In this document: in pieces, positions 30,127-42,674 of the stretch
Layout: the number at the start of each line of letters is the position of its first letter
How positions within the stretch are numbered: position 1 is the first letter of the stretch
Source of the DNA: Gammaproteobacteria bacterium
Lineage (GTDB): Bacteria > Pseudomonadota > Gammaproteobacteria > CAJXQU01
Direction of reading: 5' to 3'
Length of the DNA: 64,000 nt
NCBI GenBank assembly: GCA_965238175.1
Contig: CBDEGZ010000003.1
Span: 1 to 64,000 of the forward strand
The notes under the pieces: generated by a model
The model's database searches: none
The model's input: the letters and a program-made list of their open reading frames with translations, nothing else
Told to the model about the DNA's origin: nothing
Translations under genes and position numbers: made by a program

Positions 30127-30878
30127 GCGATCAAGATAAGCGTTTGCCCGAAGGGGAAGAGTCAGAACAAACATTCGTCTCACACCTGATCGAAATCAGA
30201 TCAAGATTACTCAAAATTGTCGTCGCCGTCTTAAGCATCTTTTTAGTACTTTTTTATTTTGCGGCGGAACTTTATGGTTGGTTAGCACAACCACTGCTGC
30301 GTTACCTTCCAGAAAATGCCAGTATGATCGCAACCCAGGTAGCATCGCCTTTTCTGGCGCCCTTTAAATTATCAATGGTGATGGCGATTTTTATTGCCAT
30401 TCCATTTATTCTTTATCAAGTTTGGGCCTTCGTTGCACCAGGGCTTTATGAGAACGAGCAGAAACTAACCTTACCACTGCTTGTTTCCAGCACACTTCTG
30501 TTTTACTTTGGCCTTGCCTTTGCCTACTACATAATCTTTCCGCTGGCGTTCCAGTTTTTCACTTCGATTACGCTAGAAGGCGTGACGCCAATGACCGACA
30601 TAAGCGACTATTTGGATTTCGTACTGAAAATGTTCATGGCCTTTGGGATCGCATTTGAAGTCCCCATCGCGATTATATTACTGACCAAAATGGGCGCGGT
30701 TACGGTTGAAGGGCTGGCTGAAAAGCGAGCCTACGTCATTGTTGGTAGTTTTGTCATCGGCATGTTGATCACCCCTCCAGACGTTATTTCACAAATTCTA
30801 CTAGCCGTTCCCGTCTGGTTATTGTTTGAGTTGGGTTTGTTGATTTCAAAACTGATCGAAAAGAAAGAAGCTGATTGA
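30123..30878 (+). CDS. tatC: Twin-arginine translocase TatC
   Basis: SHLIEIRSR; PGLYENE; FEVP; TPPD. Confidence 0.97.
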   Translation: MSDQDKRLPEGEESEQTFVSHLIEIRSRLLKIVVAVLSIFLVLFYFAAELYGWLAQPLLRYLPENASMIATQVASPFLAPFKLSMVMAIFIAIPFILYQVWAFVAPGLYENEQKLTLPLLVSSTLLFYFGLAFAYYIIFPLAFQFFTSITLEGVTPMTDISDYLDFVLKMFMAFGIAFEVPIAIILLTKMGAVTVEGLAEKRAYVIVGSFVIGMLITPPDVISQILLAVPVWLLFELGLLISKLIEKKEAD

Positions 30879-30949
30879 TCCGCTAGAGCCTTGTTAAATA
30901 CGGAATGAATGTTTCTTTATAAAAAAAATCAGATATGTGCCTACTATAA

Positions 30950-31633
30950 ATGAACACCGGGTTCCAATTACATCCAAGCTGGCTAGAAAAGCTGAAAGCT
31001 GAATTTGATCAGCCGTATATGCAGCAACTCGAAACCTTTCTAAGTGCTGAAAAATCAGAAGGAAAAATAATTTTCCCACCAGAAAATTCATGGTTTAACG
31101 CTTTTGACAGTACACCTTTTGATCAAGTCAAAGTGGTTATCCTTGGACAAGATCCTTATCACGGAGCAGGGCAAGCACATGGACTTTGTTTTTCGGTACA
31201 GCGCGGTGTAAAAACACCTCCTTCGTTAAAAAATATTTATAAAGAACTTGAATCTGATATTGGAATCACTATGCCTGAGCATGGTTGTTTACAAAATTGG
31301 GCGGAAAGAGGCATATTGTTACTGAATGCGACATTGACCGTTGAAGAATCGCAAGCAGGGGGCCATCAAGGACAAGGTTGGGAGCAGTTTACTGATAGTG
31401 TAATTACCGCATTAAATGATAATAGTGAAGGACTGGTCTTTATGCTCTGGGGAAGTCACGCGCAAAAAAAAGGTGCGATTATTGATCAGAAAAAGCACTT
31501 GGTTTTGAAAGCACCACACCCATCCCCACTTTCTGCTTATCGAGGTTTTTTGGGCTGTAAACATTTTTCTCAAGCGAATGAATATTTGAGCGCAAGAGGT
31601 GTACAAATTATCGATTGGTCTTTGTCAGAATAA
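30950..31633 (+). CDS. ung: Uracil-DNA glycosylase
   Basis: GQDPYH; PPSLKNI; HPSPLS. Confidence 0.97.
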   Translation: MNTGFQLHPSWLEKLKAEFDQPYMQQLETFLSAEKSEGKIIFPPENSWFNAFDSTPFDQVKVVILGQDPYHGAGQAHGLCFSVQRGVKTPPSLKNIYKELESDIGITMPEHGCLQNWAERGILLLNATLTVEESQAGGHQGQGWEQFTDSVITALNDNSEGLVFMLWGSHAQKKGAIIDQKKHLVLKAPHPSPLSAYRGFLGCKHFSQANEYLSARGVQIIDWSLSE

Positions 31634-31643
31634 GAAACTTTTC

Positions 31644-33086
31644 TTAGCCATCTAGCTTCGCTTTTAATAGCTGATTGATCTGACCGGGGTTCGCTTTGCC
31701 GCCAGTATTTTTCATTATCTGGCCAACGAAAAATCCCATTACTTTGGTTTTACCGGCGCGATATTGTTCGACTTGGTCTGGATTGTTATTGATCACCTCA
31801 TCGACCAAGGCTTCCAATTCGCCCGAATCACTCATTTGTTTAAGACCTTGAGATTCGATGATCGTGTCGGCACTTTCGCCTTCACCGGACCAGAGTGATG
31901 CAAAGACCTGTTTAGCGATTTTTCCAGAAATAGTGTTGTCTTTTATGCGTAAAACCAGTTGGCCTAGTTGCTCAGCATTGACCGGGCTTTCAGCGATAGA
32001 TTTATTTTCTTTATTTAAAGCTGCACTTAGTTCGCCATTGACCCAGTTTGCGGTGAGTTTTGTTTCGCCGTTTGCAGATTTGATCGCGGTTTCAAAATAA
32101 TCGGCCAGTTCACGATCAGAAGTAAGCAATCCGGCATCGTAGGCAGATAATTCGAGTTCTTCCTCGAAGCGTTTTTTACGTGCGTCTGGCAACTCAGGTA
32201 ATGTTGCGCGAACTTCATCAAGTAATTTTTGAGTGATTTGTACGGGTAACAAATCAGGATCCGGGAAGTAGCGATAATCATTGGCTTCTTCCTTGCTGCG
32301 CATGGAACGGGTTTCATCTTTATCGGCATCGTAGAGGCGCGTTTCTTGCGTGATGCGACCGCCAGATTCGAGTACATCAATTTGACGATCGACTTCGTAA
32401 TTGATCGCTTTTTCAATGTTGCGAAATGAGTTGATGTTCTTTAATTCTGTCCGTGTACCGAGTTCTTGCTGACCTTTGGGACGGATCGAAACATTCGCAT
32501 CACAACGGAATGATCCTTCTGCCATGTTGCCATCACAAATACCGATGTAACGCACAATAGAATGGATCTTTTTCATGTAGGCAACGGCCTGTTGAGGTGA
32601 ACGCATATCGGGTTCTGAGACGATTTCCAACAGCGGTGTTCCAGCACGATTGAGATCAATTCCTGTCATGCCTTGATAATCTTCATGTAGCGATTTTCCG
32701 GCATCTTCTTCGAGATGCGCGCGGGTAATTCCAACACGAATCGGTTTGCCCTCTTCAACTTCAATGCCGGTATAACCAAGCCCGACGATCGGTTTCTCAA
32801 ACTGACTAATTTGATAGCCTTTGGGCAGATCTGGATAGAAATAATTTTTACGCGCAAAAATGGAAAACTCATCAATTTGTGCATCTATAGCTAAACCAAA
32901 TTTTACCGCCATGCGAACGACTTCTTTATTGAGTACAGGCAAAACACCGGGTAACCCTAGATCTACCACACATGCTTGTGTGTTTGGTTCTGCACCATAG
33001 GCAATCGAGGCGCCCGAAAAAATTTTACTATTGGTTGCCAGTTGCGCGTGAATTTCGAGTCCAAGTACGGTTTCCCATTCCATCAT
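31644..33086 (-). CDS. gatB: Asp/Glu-tRNA amidotransferase subunit B
   Basis: GLEIHAQL; RKNYFYPD; EEDAGKS; YRYFPDPDL. Confidence 0.98.
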   Translation of the reverse strand: MMEWETVLGLEIHAQLATNSKIFSGASIAYGAEPNTQACVVDLGLPGVLPVLNKEVVRMAVKFGLAIDAQIDEFSIFARKNYFYPDLPKGYQISQFEKPIVGLGYTGIEVEEGKPIRVGITRAHLEEDAGKSLHEDYQGMTGIDLNRAGTPLLEIVSEPDMRSPQQAVAYMKKIHSIVRYIGICDGNMAEGSFRCDANVSIRPKGQQELGTRTELKNINSFRNIEKAINYEVDRQIDVLESGGRITQETRLYDADKDETRSMRSKEEANDYRYFPDPDLLPVQITQKLLDEVRATLPELPDARKKRFEEELELSAYDAGLLTSDRELADYFETAIKSANGETKLTANWVNGELSAALNKENKSIAESPVNAEQLGQLVLRIKDNTISGKIAKQVFASLWSGEGESADTIIESQGLKQMSDSGELEALVDEVINNNPDQVEQYRAGKTKVMGFFVGQIMKNTGGKANPGQINQLLKAKLDG

Positions 33087-33095
33087 AAATTCTCC

Positions 33096-34556
33096 TTACT
33101 GAAAGCCGTCAGGTGTTTGGTCATGCCAATCAGTTGTTTGTTGAAACTGATGAGCAATATTTAATAATTTGGCTTCCTGGAAATAATTTCCGATCAACTG
33201 TAGACCGACTGGCAATCCATTAACTTGTCCAGCAGGGATCGACATACCGGGTAGACCTGCCAGGTTGAGAGAGGTTGTGTAGATGTCGGCAAGATACATA
33301 CTGGTCGGATCACCATCTTCCGACAATTCACCTATTTTAAATGCGGTGGAAGGAGAGGTCGGCCCCATGATCACATCCACATCTTCAAAAGCGGCTTTGA
33401 AGTCTTCGCTGATCAAGCGTCTAATCTGTTGCGCTTTAAGATAATAAGCATCGTAATAACCTGCTGATAATGCATACGCACCGATCATAATCCGGCGCTT
33501 AACTTCTTCGCCGAAAGCTTCACCACGAGAACGAGAATAAAGGTCATTCAGATCTTTAGGATCTTCACAACGATAACCGAAACGAACACCATCCATACGT
33601 GAAAGATTTGATGAACATTCCGCAGGTGCGATTACATAATATGCGGGGATGCTCAAACTGGTATTCGGTAAGCTAATCTCTTTTACAGTTGCACCAAGCT
33701 TTTCATATTCTTTGATGGCAGCATCTATTATGCTGGCAATATTCGCATCCAAACCATCACTGAAATATTCTTTCGGTAAGCCGATCTTCAAACCTTCAAG
33801 GCGATCCTTTAAGGAGCGAGTGTAATCTTCACCCTCCTTGTCATAAGAAGTTGAGTCTTTTTCATCAAAACCAGTCATGACATTTAGCATGATTGCCGCA
33901 TCTTCCGCTGTGCGCGTCATTGGGCCACCTTGATCAAGACTCGATGCAAACGCAATCATGCCAAAGCGAGAAACTGCGCCGTAGGTGGGTTTGATACCCG
34001 TTATTCCACACAAAGATGCTGGCTGCCTGATTGAACCACCCGTATCAGTACCGGTTGCGACTGGTGTTAGACGAGCTGCAACAGCAGCGGCTGATCCCCC
34101 CGAGGAACCACCAGGAACTCTGTCAGTATCCCAGGGATTTTTTACGGTTCCGTAATAGCTGGATTCATTCGTCGAGCCCATGGCAAATTCATCCAGGTTA
34201 GTTTTACCCAGCATGACCATCCCAGCAGTATTAATTTTGCTCACAACCGTCGCATCATAGGGCGCGATAAATTTGTCGAGCATTTTTGATCCGCAAGAGG
34301 TTCTGATGCCATTGGTGCAGAAAATATCTTTTTGTGCCAGTGGTATACCTGTTAATGGACCCGCATTTCCAGCAGCAATTATTTGATCCGCTGCTTGAGC
34401 TTGAGAAAGAGCAAGATCTTCTGTCACAGTGATAAAGCTGTTGAGTGATGGATCGTGTTGTTTGATACGATCCAGAAAATGACGAGTCAGTTCTTCGCTG
34501 GAGAAATCTTTATTTTTCAGCGCAGTACTCATCTCTGAGAGAGTTTTGTTATGCAT
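33096..34556 (-). CDS. gatA: Asp/Glu-tRNA amidotransferase subunit A
   Basis: GGSSGGS; [10 protein letters not shown]. Confidence 0.98.
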   Translation of the reverse strand: MHNKTLSEMSTALKNKDFSSEELTRHFLDRIKQHDPSLNSFITVTEDLALSQAQAADQIIAAGNAGPLTGIPLAQKDIFCTNGIRTSCGSKMLDKFIAPYDATVVSKINTAGMVMLGKTNLDEFAMGSTNESSYYGTVKNPWDTDRVPGGSSGGSAAAVAARLTPVATGTDTGGSIRQPASLCGITGIKPTYGAVSRFGMIAFASSLDQGGPMTRTAEDAAIMLNVMTGFDEKDSTSYDKEGEDYTRSLKDRLEGLKIGLPKEYFSDGLDANIASIIDAAIKEYEKLGATVKEISLPNTSLSIPAYYVIAPAECSSNLSRMDGVRFGYRCEDPKDLNDLYSRSRGEAFGEEVKRRIMIGAYALSAGYYDAYYLKAQQIRRLISEDFKAAFEDVDVIMGPTSPSTAFKIGELSEDGDPTSMYLADIYTTSLNLAGLPGMSIPAGQVNGLPVGLQLIGNYFQEAKLLNIAHQFQQTTDWHDQTPDGFQ

Positions 34557-34597
34557 AGTATTTTGATCAGGTGTTTTAATGATTACTCAATTTAGGA

Positions 34598-34885
34598 TCA
34601 TTCGATGACTTTCGGAACAAGATAAAGACCATCTTGAACATTGGGTGCAATGGATTGAAAGTGATCGCGCTGATTAAATTCCGTCACTTCATCCTCACGC
34701 ATTCTGGCGATCAAATCTAATGGGTGGGCGATCGGTTTAATGTTTGTTGTATCAACCGCATTCATTTGATCGACAAATTCGAGAATGCTGGAAAGTTGCG
34801 TCGCAGTTTCATCAATATGTTTAGGGTTGATTTCCAATCGAGCTAAGCGGGCAATTGCTTCAACATCTTCCTTTTTAAGAGACAT
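34598..34885 (-). CDS. gatC: Asp/Glu-tRNA amidotransferase subunit C
   Basis: IARLARL; YLVPKVIE. Confidence 0.96.
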   Translation of the reverse strand: MSLKKEDVEAIARLARLEINPKHIDETATQLSSILEFVDQMNAVDTTNIKPIAHPLDLIARMREDEVTEFNQRDHFQSIAPNVQDGLYLVPKVIE

Positions 34886-34948
34886 TTTGTAACCTTAAGT
34901 AGTCAAAAGGAGGCAATTTAACATATTAGGAGCTGTTGAGGTATTTTG

Positions 34949-35120
34949 CAGCAAGACGCCTTAGTAGTACCCTTGAAATTGGCTTGCCAGTGCCCACGGA
35001 CTGCGTTGTGTCTGTGAAAAATAGAACCACTATTTTCAGCAAAACACGCCTTGTCATGAGCATTGTCAAGCTAACTGAATACAACAATATTGACTGGGTA
35101 GAGTACTGTTACGCTTGCTG
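34949..35120. repeat. ERIC/Correia-like palindromic element between the divergent gatC and mreB
   Basis: Nested stems; ctgcgttgtgtc...gaaccac...acacgccttg core shared with 58424-58475. Confidence 0.7.
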
Positions 35121-35150
35121 AAAGATGCGACCACTGATAAAGTTCGATGA

Positions 35151-36233
<1,083 letters not shown>

Positions 36234-36314
36234 ATCATGGCTGTCTATGTTGTTCGCGTACTAGTAGCGATGACATAGACAAGAAAGACAATAAGGATTC
36301 CGAGTAAGTTAAAG

Positions 36315-37178
36315 ATGAAACCACTCTTTTCAAAACATCTGTTTTTGGGGGCACGATTATTCCTTTGTGTTTTGCTATCGATTGTCTTAATGACAATCGA
36401 TCGTAAGGTTGATTATCTTGAAAGTGTCCGCAGTCACCTTTCATCTATTATTTACCCAGTTCAATATTTGGTCAATCTACCCTTGAAATTTGGAGATTGG
36501 ATGTCTGTATCGTTTGATACTCGTGAGAACTTATTGAAAGAGAATGAAAAGTTAAAAGCTCAGAATCTTTTACTAAAAACACATACACATAAATATCAGT
36601 CGTTAGTCTTGGAAAATCAACGGTTACGAGGTTTGATAGAAGCACCTATTCGCCAGGGTGAGCGAGTACTTGTTGCAGATGTTATGGGAGTAGAGATGGA
36701 TAGTACTACTCGTAAATTTGTTTTGAATAAAGGGTCAAAACAAGGCGTTTTTCTTGGACAACCTATTATTGATTCTCAGGGAATTATGGGGCAAATAGTC
36801 CATGTGGGACAAGCTTCTAGTACAGGGATGATGGTTACTGATGAAGAGCATGCCGTGCCGGTCGAGGTTATTCGTAGTGGTATTCGTGCGATTGCTACCG
36901 GCGAAAGTGTTAATGCTGGAATAAGGTTGGATTATGTGCCTCCCGAATCAGATGTTAAAGAAGGTGATTTGTTAGTTTCTACAGGTATTGGTGGTCATTT
37001 TCCCAAGGGCTACCCAGTAGGGACAGTCAAAAAAGTTACTCTACATCCCGGAGACAGTTTTATGAAGGTTAAAGTTACACCGGTTGCGAATTTGACGAAA
37101 ACCAGAGAGGTGTTACTCATTTGGCCTGGAATTTCAGAGGCTGAACAAACTGAAACTGGCAAGGTAGCTAGGAAGTAA
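36315..37178 (+). CDS. mreC: Rod shape-determining protein MreC
   Basis: ENQRLR; GDLLVSTG; FPKGYPVG; gene order. Confidence 0.95.
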   Translation: MKPLFSKHLFLGARLFLCVLLSIVLMTIDRKVDYLESVRSHLSSIIYPVQYLVNLPLKFGDWMSVSFDTRENLLKENEKLKAQNLLLKTHTHKYQSLVLENQRLRGLIEAPIRQGERVLVADVMGVEMDSTTRKFVLNKGSKQGVFLGQPIIDSQGIMGQIVHVGQASSTGMMVTDEEHAVPVEVIRSGIRAIATGESVNAGIRLDYVPPESDVKEGDLLVSTGIGGHFPKGYPVGTVKKVTLHPGDSFMKVKVTPVANLTKTREVLLIWPGISEAEQTETGKVARK

Positions 37179-37189
37179 TAAGAATTCCC

Positions 37190-37672
37190 ATGACCAACCA
37201 TAATAGCTATTTGATCATATTGTGGACAATATTTGTTGCGTTTTTACTCGCAGCAATGCCACTTCCAGAGTGGATTTCTCACGGGAGACCAGCATGGGTG
37301 GCAATGGTGGTCATTTATTGGTGTATGGCGCTGCCTCAACGAGTAAGTATTGGAACTGCCTGGATTTCGGGACTATTAATGGATGTTCTGCAAGGCTCAT
37401 TATTAGGCCAACATGCGATCGGACTGTCGATTATTGCCTATGTCACGGTCAAGCTACACTTACAAATAAGACAACATCCCTTATATCAACAAGCATTATT
37501 CATAGGCCTTCTGATTTCTGTCTATCTCTGCCTTGTTGTATGGGTAAATGGCATTATTGGTAGACCACCACAATCTTGGTCGTTTTTGATGCCAGTGTTA
37601 ACCAGTATGCTCCTTTGGCCATGGTTATTTGTTATTTTGCGCGATATTCGACGCAGTACTCAGGTCTCATAA
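37190..37672 (+). CDS. mreD: Rod shape-determining protein MreD
   Basis: IYWCMALPQRV; GSLLGQHA. Confidence 0.95.
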   Translation: MTNHNSYLIILWTIFVAFLLAAMPLPEWISHGRPAWVAMVVIYWCMALPQRVSIGTAWISGLLMDVLQGSLLGQHAIGLSIIAYVTVKLHLQIRQHPLYQQALFIGLLISVYLCLVVWVNGIIGRPPQSWSFLMPVLTSMLLWPWLFVILRDIRRSTQVS

Positions 37673-37691
37673 GATACTACTCCTATAAAAC

Positions 37692-39539
37692 ATGTCCCGA
37701 CTGATACTGAAAAATATCGGCCGTGAAAATCAGATATTTTCCCACCGCGTAATTATCTCATTGATTTTTATGGGATTATTATTTGGTTTTCTAGCTTATC
37801 GTATCGCTGATTTACAAGTAGTACAGCATGATCACTTTACTACCAGATCGAAAGATAATCGTGTGAAAATTCTACCAATAACACCGCCTAGAGGGCTGAT
37901 TTTTAGTCGGGATGGAGTGCTATTAGCGGAAAATATTCCAACATTTAGTTTAGAAGTGATCCCTGAAAAAGCCGGTGATATTGATGAGTTAATTGTTAAT
38001 CTGAATAGCATTATTGGTCTTAGCGGGGAGGAGATCCAACGTTTTAAAAAAGAAATAAAGCGGAAACGGCAATTTGAAAACATTCCGATCAAATATAAAC
38101 TGAGTGAAGATGAAATAGCCCGTTTTTCAGTCAATCAATATCGCTTCCCTGGGGTTGAAGTGACAACACGATTAGTTCGCCATTACCCATATGGTGATGA
38201 TTTTGTGCACATGCTTGGTTACGTGGGTCGCATCAACGAAAAAGAAGAGAAACGATTAGACAAAGCAAATTACAGTGCAACAACTCATATTGGTAAAACT
38301 GGAATTGAAAAATCCTATGAACCACAGCTGCATGGTTTGGTAGGTTACCAACAGGTAGAAATAAATGCTCAGGGTCGAGTTGTACAAATACTTGATCGAC
38401 AACCTCCTTTGCCAGGTCAAGATCTTTATTTGACGATTGATACGCGCCTACAGTCCATAGCTGCTGATGCACTAGGCCAACGACGCGGAGCTGTCGTTGC
38501 GATTGATCCTAATACAGGAGCTGTGTTGGCGATGGTAAGCTATCCCAGTTACAATCCAAACTGGTTTGTTAATGGGATTAGTACGGATCGTTATCAAAAA
38601 TTAAGTCAGTCTTCAAACAGGCCTTTATTTAATCGCGCCTTACAGGGGCAATACCCTCCGGGATCAACAATCAAGCCTTTCATAGCAATGGCTGCGCGTT
38701 ATTATGGTGTCCGAGATGAGCATGATCATACACATTGCCCTGGCTGGTTTAGCTTACCAGGTAGCACTCATCGATATCGTTGCTGGAATAAAACGGGACA
38801 CGGGGGAGTTAATTTACAAAGATCTATTATTGAATCCTGTGATGTATTTTATTACGAGCTTGCACAGACCTTGGGTATCGATAAAATACACAACTACCTT
38901 CAAGGCTTTGGTCTCGGTAAAGTTTCGGGTGTTGATCTATCTAGTGAAGCACAAGGTTTGTTGCCATCAAGTGAGTGGAAATTGAGAACCAAAGATTCCG
39001 CCTGGTACCCTGGTGAAACCTTGATTACAGGAATTGGTCAAGGTTATATGTTAACGACTCCTTTTCAGTTAGCTTCTGCTACTGCAACCCTGAGTATGGA
39101 TGGTCATCGAGTTGTTCCGCGGCTCGTTGGACAAATGGAAGATCCGGCAACAGGGAAATCCGGTGATCTATTATCAGAACTGCCGACAAAAGTTGTAAAA
39201 GCTGAAGAAGGTGATTGGCGCATAATTAAACAAGCTATGAGAGAGGTTGTTTTGGGCAAAAGAGGCACTGCTCGAAAAGTTGGAGCAGGTGCTTATTATG
39301 AGTTTGCGGGGAAAACGGGAACATCGCAGGTTTTTGGACTGAAACAGATTGCCGAAGAAAATGCTGATAAGGATGAGATCCCAGAGCGTCTGAGAGATCA
39401 TGCTTTGTTTATTGCTTTTGCTCCGATAAAAGATCCGGTTATTGCCGTTGCAGTTGTTGTCGAAAATGGTGGAAGTGGTGGTCGAACCGCGGGGCCCGTT
39501 GCAAGGAAATTACTCGATTATTACATGGATAATAATTAA
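37692..39539 (+). CDS. mrdA: Penicillin-binding protein 2
   Basis: STIK, SCD and KTG motifs. Confidence 0.97.
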   Translation: MSRLILKNIGRENQIFSHRVIISLIFMGLLFGFLAYRIADLQVVQHDHFTTRSKDNRVKILPITPPRGLIFSRDGVLLAENIPTFSLEVIPEKAGDIDELIVNLNSIIGLSGEEIQRFKKEIKRKRQFENIPIKYKLSEDEIARFSVNQYRFPGVEVTTRLVRHYPYGDDFVHMLGYVGRINEKEEKRLDKANYSATTHIGKTGIEKSYEPQLHGLVGYQQVEINAQGRVVQILDRQPPLPGQDLYLTIDTRLQSIAADALGQRRGAVVAIDPNTGAVLAMVSYPSYNPNWFVNGISTDRYQKLSQSSNRPLFNRALQGQYPPGSTIKPFIAMAARYYGVRDEHDHTHCPGWFSLPGSTHRYRCWNKTGHGGVNLQRSIIESCDVFYYELAQTLGIDKIHNYLQGFGLGKVSGVDLSSEAQGLLPSSEWKLRTKDSAWYPGETLITGIGQGYMLTTPFQLASATATLSMDGHRVVPRLVGQMEDPATGKSGDLLSELPTKVVKAEEGDWRIIKQAMREVVLGKRGTARKVGAGAYYEFAGKTGTSQVFGLKQIAEENADKDEIPERLRDHALFIAFAPIKDPVIAVAVVVENGGSGGRTAGPVARKLLDYYMDNN

Positions 39540-39545
39540 TTCATT

Positions 39546-40640
39546 ATGGTATTACTAAAAAATACTCTGCCAGAAATTCATATTGATGTCCCGTTACTGA
39601 TTGAGTTATTACTTCTTTGTGGTGTTGGATTACTGATCCTCTATAGTGCGGCAGATCAAAAAATGGATATCGTGATACGCCAGTCAGTTCGTCTTGGAAT
39701 AGGCCTGACAGGTATGCTCATCCTTGCACAAATTCCAATGCGCACCCTTATGTGGTGGGCTCCCTGGATCTTTGGTTTAGGATTGTTAATGCTGATCGCA
39801 GTAATGTTCGTCGGGCATATTGGTAAAGGTGCGCAACGTTGGTTAGATCTGAAATTCTTAACGTTTCAACCATCGGAAATTATGAAAATTGCTGTGCCTC
39901 TAATGGTTGCCTGGTACTTAAATGACAAACAGACACCATCTAAGTTAAATAATATATTTATTGGTTTGGTGATCATCATTGTGCCGACTATCTTGATCGC
40001 AAGACAACCCGATTTGGGCACAGCTATCCTGATCGCAGCTTCAGGAGGGTTTGTATTATTCTTATCTGGATTACGCTGGCGACTCATTACGCTTGCTGCA
40101 GTTTTAGGAATGATCGCAGCACCATTGCTTTGGTATGGGATGAAAGATTACCAGAAGCAACGTGTACTGACATTTTTTGATCCTGGTTCTGATCCGCTAG
40201 GTGCAGGTTATCATATAATTCAATCTAAAATCGCCGTCGGTTCAGGAGGACTTTTCGGCAAAGGTTGGCTAAACGGTACACAATCACAGCTGGGGTTTTT
40301 ACCTGAGCGGACCACAGACTTTATTTTTGCAGTTTTTTGCGAGGAGTTCGGTTTTTTAGGCGTTGTCGCGTTGATAGGTCTTTACTGTCTTATAATCTTA
40401 CGTTGCTTATATATGGCCAAACAAGCGCAAGGCACATTTTCGCGTCTGGTTGCAGGTAGCCTTGCGCTTACTTTTTTTACCTATGTATTTGTCAATATGG
40501 GAATGGTGACCGGTCAATTACCTGTTGTCGGTGTACCATTACCCTTGATCAGTTACGGCGGAACATCAATCGTTACCTTGTTGCTAGGTTTTGGTTTGAT
40601 CATGTCTGCATATAGCCACCGAGAACTTATGTCGAGATAA
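39546..40640 (+). CDS. rodA: SEDS glycosyltransferase RodA
   Basis: GAQRWL; QPSE; QPDLGT; SYGG. Confidence 0.97.
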   Translation: MVLLKNTLPEIHIDVPLLIELLLLCGVGLLILYSAADQKMDIVIRQSVRLGIGLTGMLILAQIPMRTLMWWAPWIFGLGLLMLIAVMFVGHIGKGAQRWLDLKFLTFQPSEIMKIAVPLMVAWYLNDKQTPSKLNNIFIGLVIIIVPTILIARQPDLGTAILIAASGGFVLFLSGLRWRLITLAAVLGMIAAPLLWYGMKDYQKQRVLTFFDPGSDPLGAGYHIIQSKIAVGSGGLFGKGWLNGTQSQLGFLPERTTDFIFAVFCEEFGFLGVVALIGLYCLIILRCLYMAKQAQGTFSRLVAGSLALTFFTYVFVNMGMVTGQLPVVGVPLPLISYGGTSIVTLLLGFGLIMSAYSHRELMSR

Positions 40641-40647
40641 TTTATGT

Positions 40648-40754
40648 CATACCCAAACCACTTGAAAATGGAACCACTATCCTCGGCATGCACTGCCTTA
40701 TTGCACAACGACTTGGACATGCTGAAATTTGTTTTTCCAAGTGGTCTGGCTATA
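40648..40754. repeat. Internally deleted ERIC-like element (inverted relative of 58277-58529)
   Basis: IR atacccaaaccacttgaaaa / ttttccaagtggtctggctat; interior aligns with the reverse complement of about 58277-58361. Confidence 0.75.
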
Positions 40755-40757
40755 GGT

Positions 40758-41753
40758 GTGTTACATAAATTTTTGATTGCTATTTTATTCTTTTTGATTT
40801 CTTCAACAGCTTATGGGGCTGAATTAAATCAAGCAGAACAGAAAAAATTTATTCAGGAAATGGTCAATGAGCACAGTTTCGATAAGCAAGCTCTTGAGCG
40901 TATATTTACAAAAGTGGAGTTACTTGATTATGTTTTAGAAGTAATACAGAAGCCCGCTGAAAAATCAAAAGAGTGGCATGAATATCGAAAAATCTTCTTA
41001 ACACAAGAACGTATCGACAAAGGTGTTTTGTTTTGGCAAGAAAACCGTGATTTGTTAATGGAAGTAGAAAAAGAATATGGCGTTCCTCGCGAAATGATTG
41101 TCGCGATTATTGGAGTGGAAACCTACTATGGAAAATTTAAAGGTAAATATCGTGTCATCGATTCTTTAGCGACACTGGCATTTAATTACCCTAAGCGAGC
41201 GAAATTTTTTCGAAATGAATTAAAGCAGTTTTTGCTTTTCACGCGCAGGTTAAAAATGGATCCATTTTCCCGCATGGGATCTTACGCTGGCGCTATGGGA
41301 ATGCCGCAATTTATGCCGAGTAGCTTTCAGGCTTATGCAATAGATTTTGATCGCGATGATCAAATCAATATTTGGGATAACAAAGCGGATATCTTCGGCA
41401 GTGTAGCGAATTATTTTAAGCGTCATGGCTGGAAAACCGGCGAGCCTGTCGCGGTGCCGACCTGGGTTAAAAATAATGCTAGGCTAGAAAAATTTATTGA
41501 AAAAGGACTTAAACCAACCATTCCATTTGATGAGCTGACAAAGTCTGGCATTCAGACAAAAAGAAATATCGATGGGAATCCTACAAGTAGCCTGCTTGAA
41601 TACAAACAGAAAAATGGTAAGGATTATTGGGTGATCTTCCAGAATTTTTATACGATTACGCGCTATAACCATAGTCCACTCTATGGCATGGCCGTTTATC
41701 AACTCTCTGAGGAGATCAAAGAAGCATACATCCAGTTGGTGCTGATCAAATAA
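40758..41753 (+). CDS. mltB: Lytic murein transglycosylase B (start GTG 40758, or ATG 40644 read through the repeat)
   Basis: IIGVETYYG; GSYAGAMGMPQFMPSS; ITRYNHS. Confidence 0.94.
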   Translation: MLHKFLIAILFFLISSTAYGAELNQAEQKKFIQEMVNEHSFDKQALERIFTKVELLDYVLEVIQKPAEKSKEWHEYRKIFLTQERIDKGVLFWQENRDLLMEVEKEYGVPREMIVAIIGVETYYGKFKGKYRVIDSLATLAFNYPKRAKFFRNELKQFLLFTRRLKMDPFSRMGSYAGAMGMPQFMPSSFQAYAIDFDRDDQINIWDNKADIFGSVANYFKRHGWKTGEPVAVPTWVKNNARLEKFIEKGLKPTIPFDELTKSGIQTKRNIDGNPTSSLLEYKQKNGKDYWVIFQNFYTITRYNHSPLYGMAVYQLSEEIKEAYIQLVLIK

Positions 41754-42664
41754 TGGAACGTCTTTTTGTAAAGTTTTTGATCTGCTTTTTTATAGGCCTT
41801 TCATTAAATGGTTGCGGATCGACTAAGAAGGTTTTTTACCCAACCAGCAAACCCGATCCGGCGATAGATTTATCAAAGATCCCCGATGCAGTTCCTCGAC
41901 ATGAACCAAAAAGTCGTTACGGTAACCCAAAATCGTATGTGGTTTTTGGTCAACGTTATTACACAATGAGCTCAGCTAAAGGTTTCTCTGAAACTGGTGT
42001 TGCTTCTTGGTATGGCCCTAATTTTCATGGCAAAAGAACCTCAAGCCAGGAAGTGTATGACATGAACCAAATGACGGCAGCACATAAAACCATTCCTATT
42101 CCAAGTTATGTCGAAGTGACAAATTTACGTAATGGAAGAAGAATTGTAGTCCGCGTAAATGATCGAGGGCCATTTCATGATAATCGCATTATCGATCTGT
42201 CTTACGTTGCAGCGGCTAAGTTAGATATTGTGAAAGCTGGTACAGGTATGGTTGAAATTCGAGTGATCGATCCCGCTAATCCACATGCTCATCGTCAAAA
42301 ATCAAAACAACCTTCTAACCAAACCTCTGTTCAAATTCATCGTCGGCTTCCTCCCTTGGAACAAACTCAACCACAAGCACCTCCGTCACGCACTAGCGTG
42401 ACTCAGATTCCAGCAGAAAAACAATTATTTATACAACTGGGCGCATTTTCTGAATTAACTAATGCACAGAATTTCAGAAACCGTATTCAAAACAGCCTCA
42501 GCAAAACTTCAAGTACTATTGTCTCAATTGCGACGCTTCCTGTTCAAGGTAAACCATTATACAAGGTCAGAATTGGGCCATTAGCAGATATTGAAACTAG
42601 CGATCGTGTGGTTAAAGATCTCAATGCAGCTGGCCTCTATGATCATCATGTCCTTTTCCAGTAA
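41753..42664 (+). CDS. rlpA: Septal lytic transglycosylase RlpA (DPBB plus SPOR)
   Basis: ASWYG; TAAHKT; VNDRGPF; IDLS; QLGAF. Confidence 0.95.
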   Translation: MERLFVKFLICFFIGLSLNGCGSTKKVFYPTSKPDPAIDLSKIPDAVPRHEPKSRYGNPKSYVVFGQRYYTMSSAKGFSETGVASWYGPNFHGKRTSSQEVYDMNQMTAAHKTIPIPSYVEVTNLRNGRRIVVRVNDRGPFHDNRIIDLSYVAAAKLDIVKAGTGMVEIRVIDPANPHAHRQKSKQPSNQTSVQIHRRLPPLEQTQPQAPPSRTSVTQIPAEKQLFIQLGAFSELTNAQNFRNRIQNSLSKTSSTIVSIATLPVQGKPLYKVRIGPLADIETSDRVVKDLNAAGLYDHHVLFQ

Positions 42665-42674
42665 AATCACGCCC

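Noticed and set aside
36247-36281. Hairpin tgtctatgttg...tgacatagaca between mreB and mreC
   Set aside because: Probably an ordinary intercistronic stability or attenuation stem; single copy.
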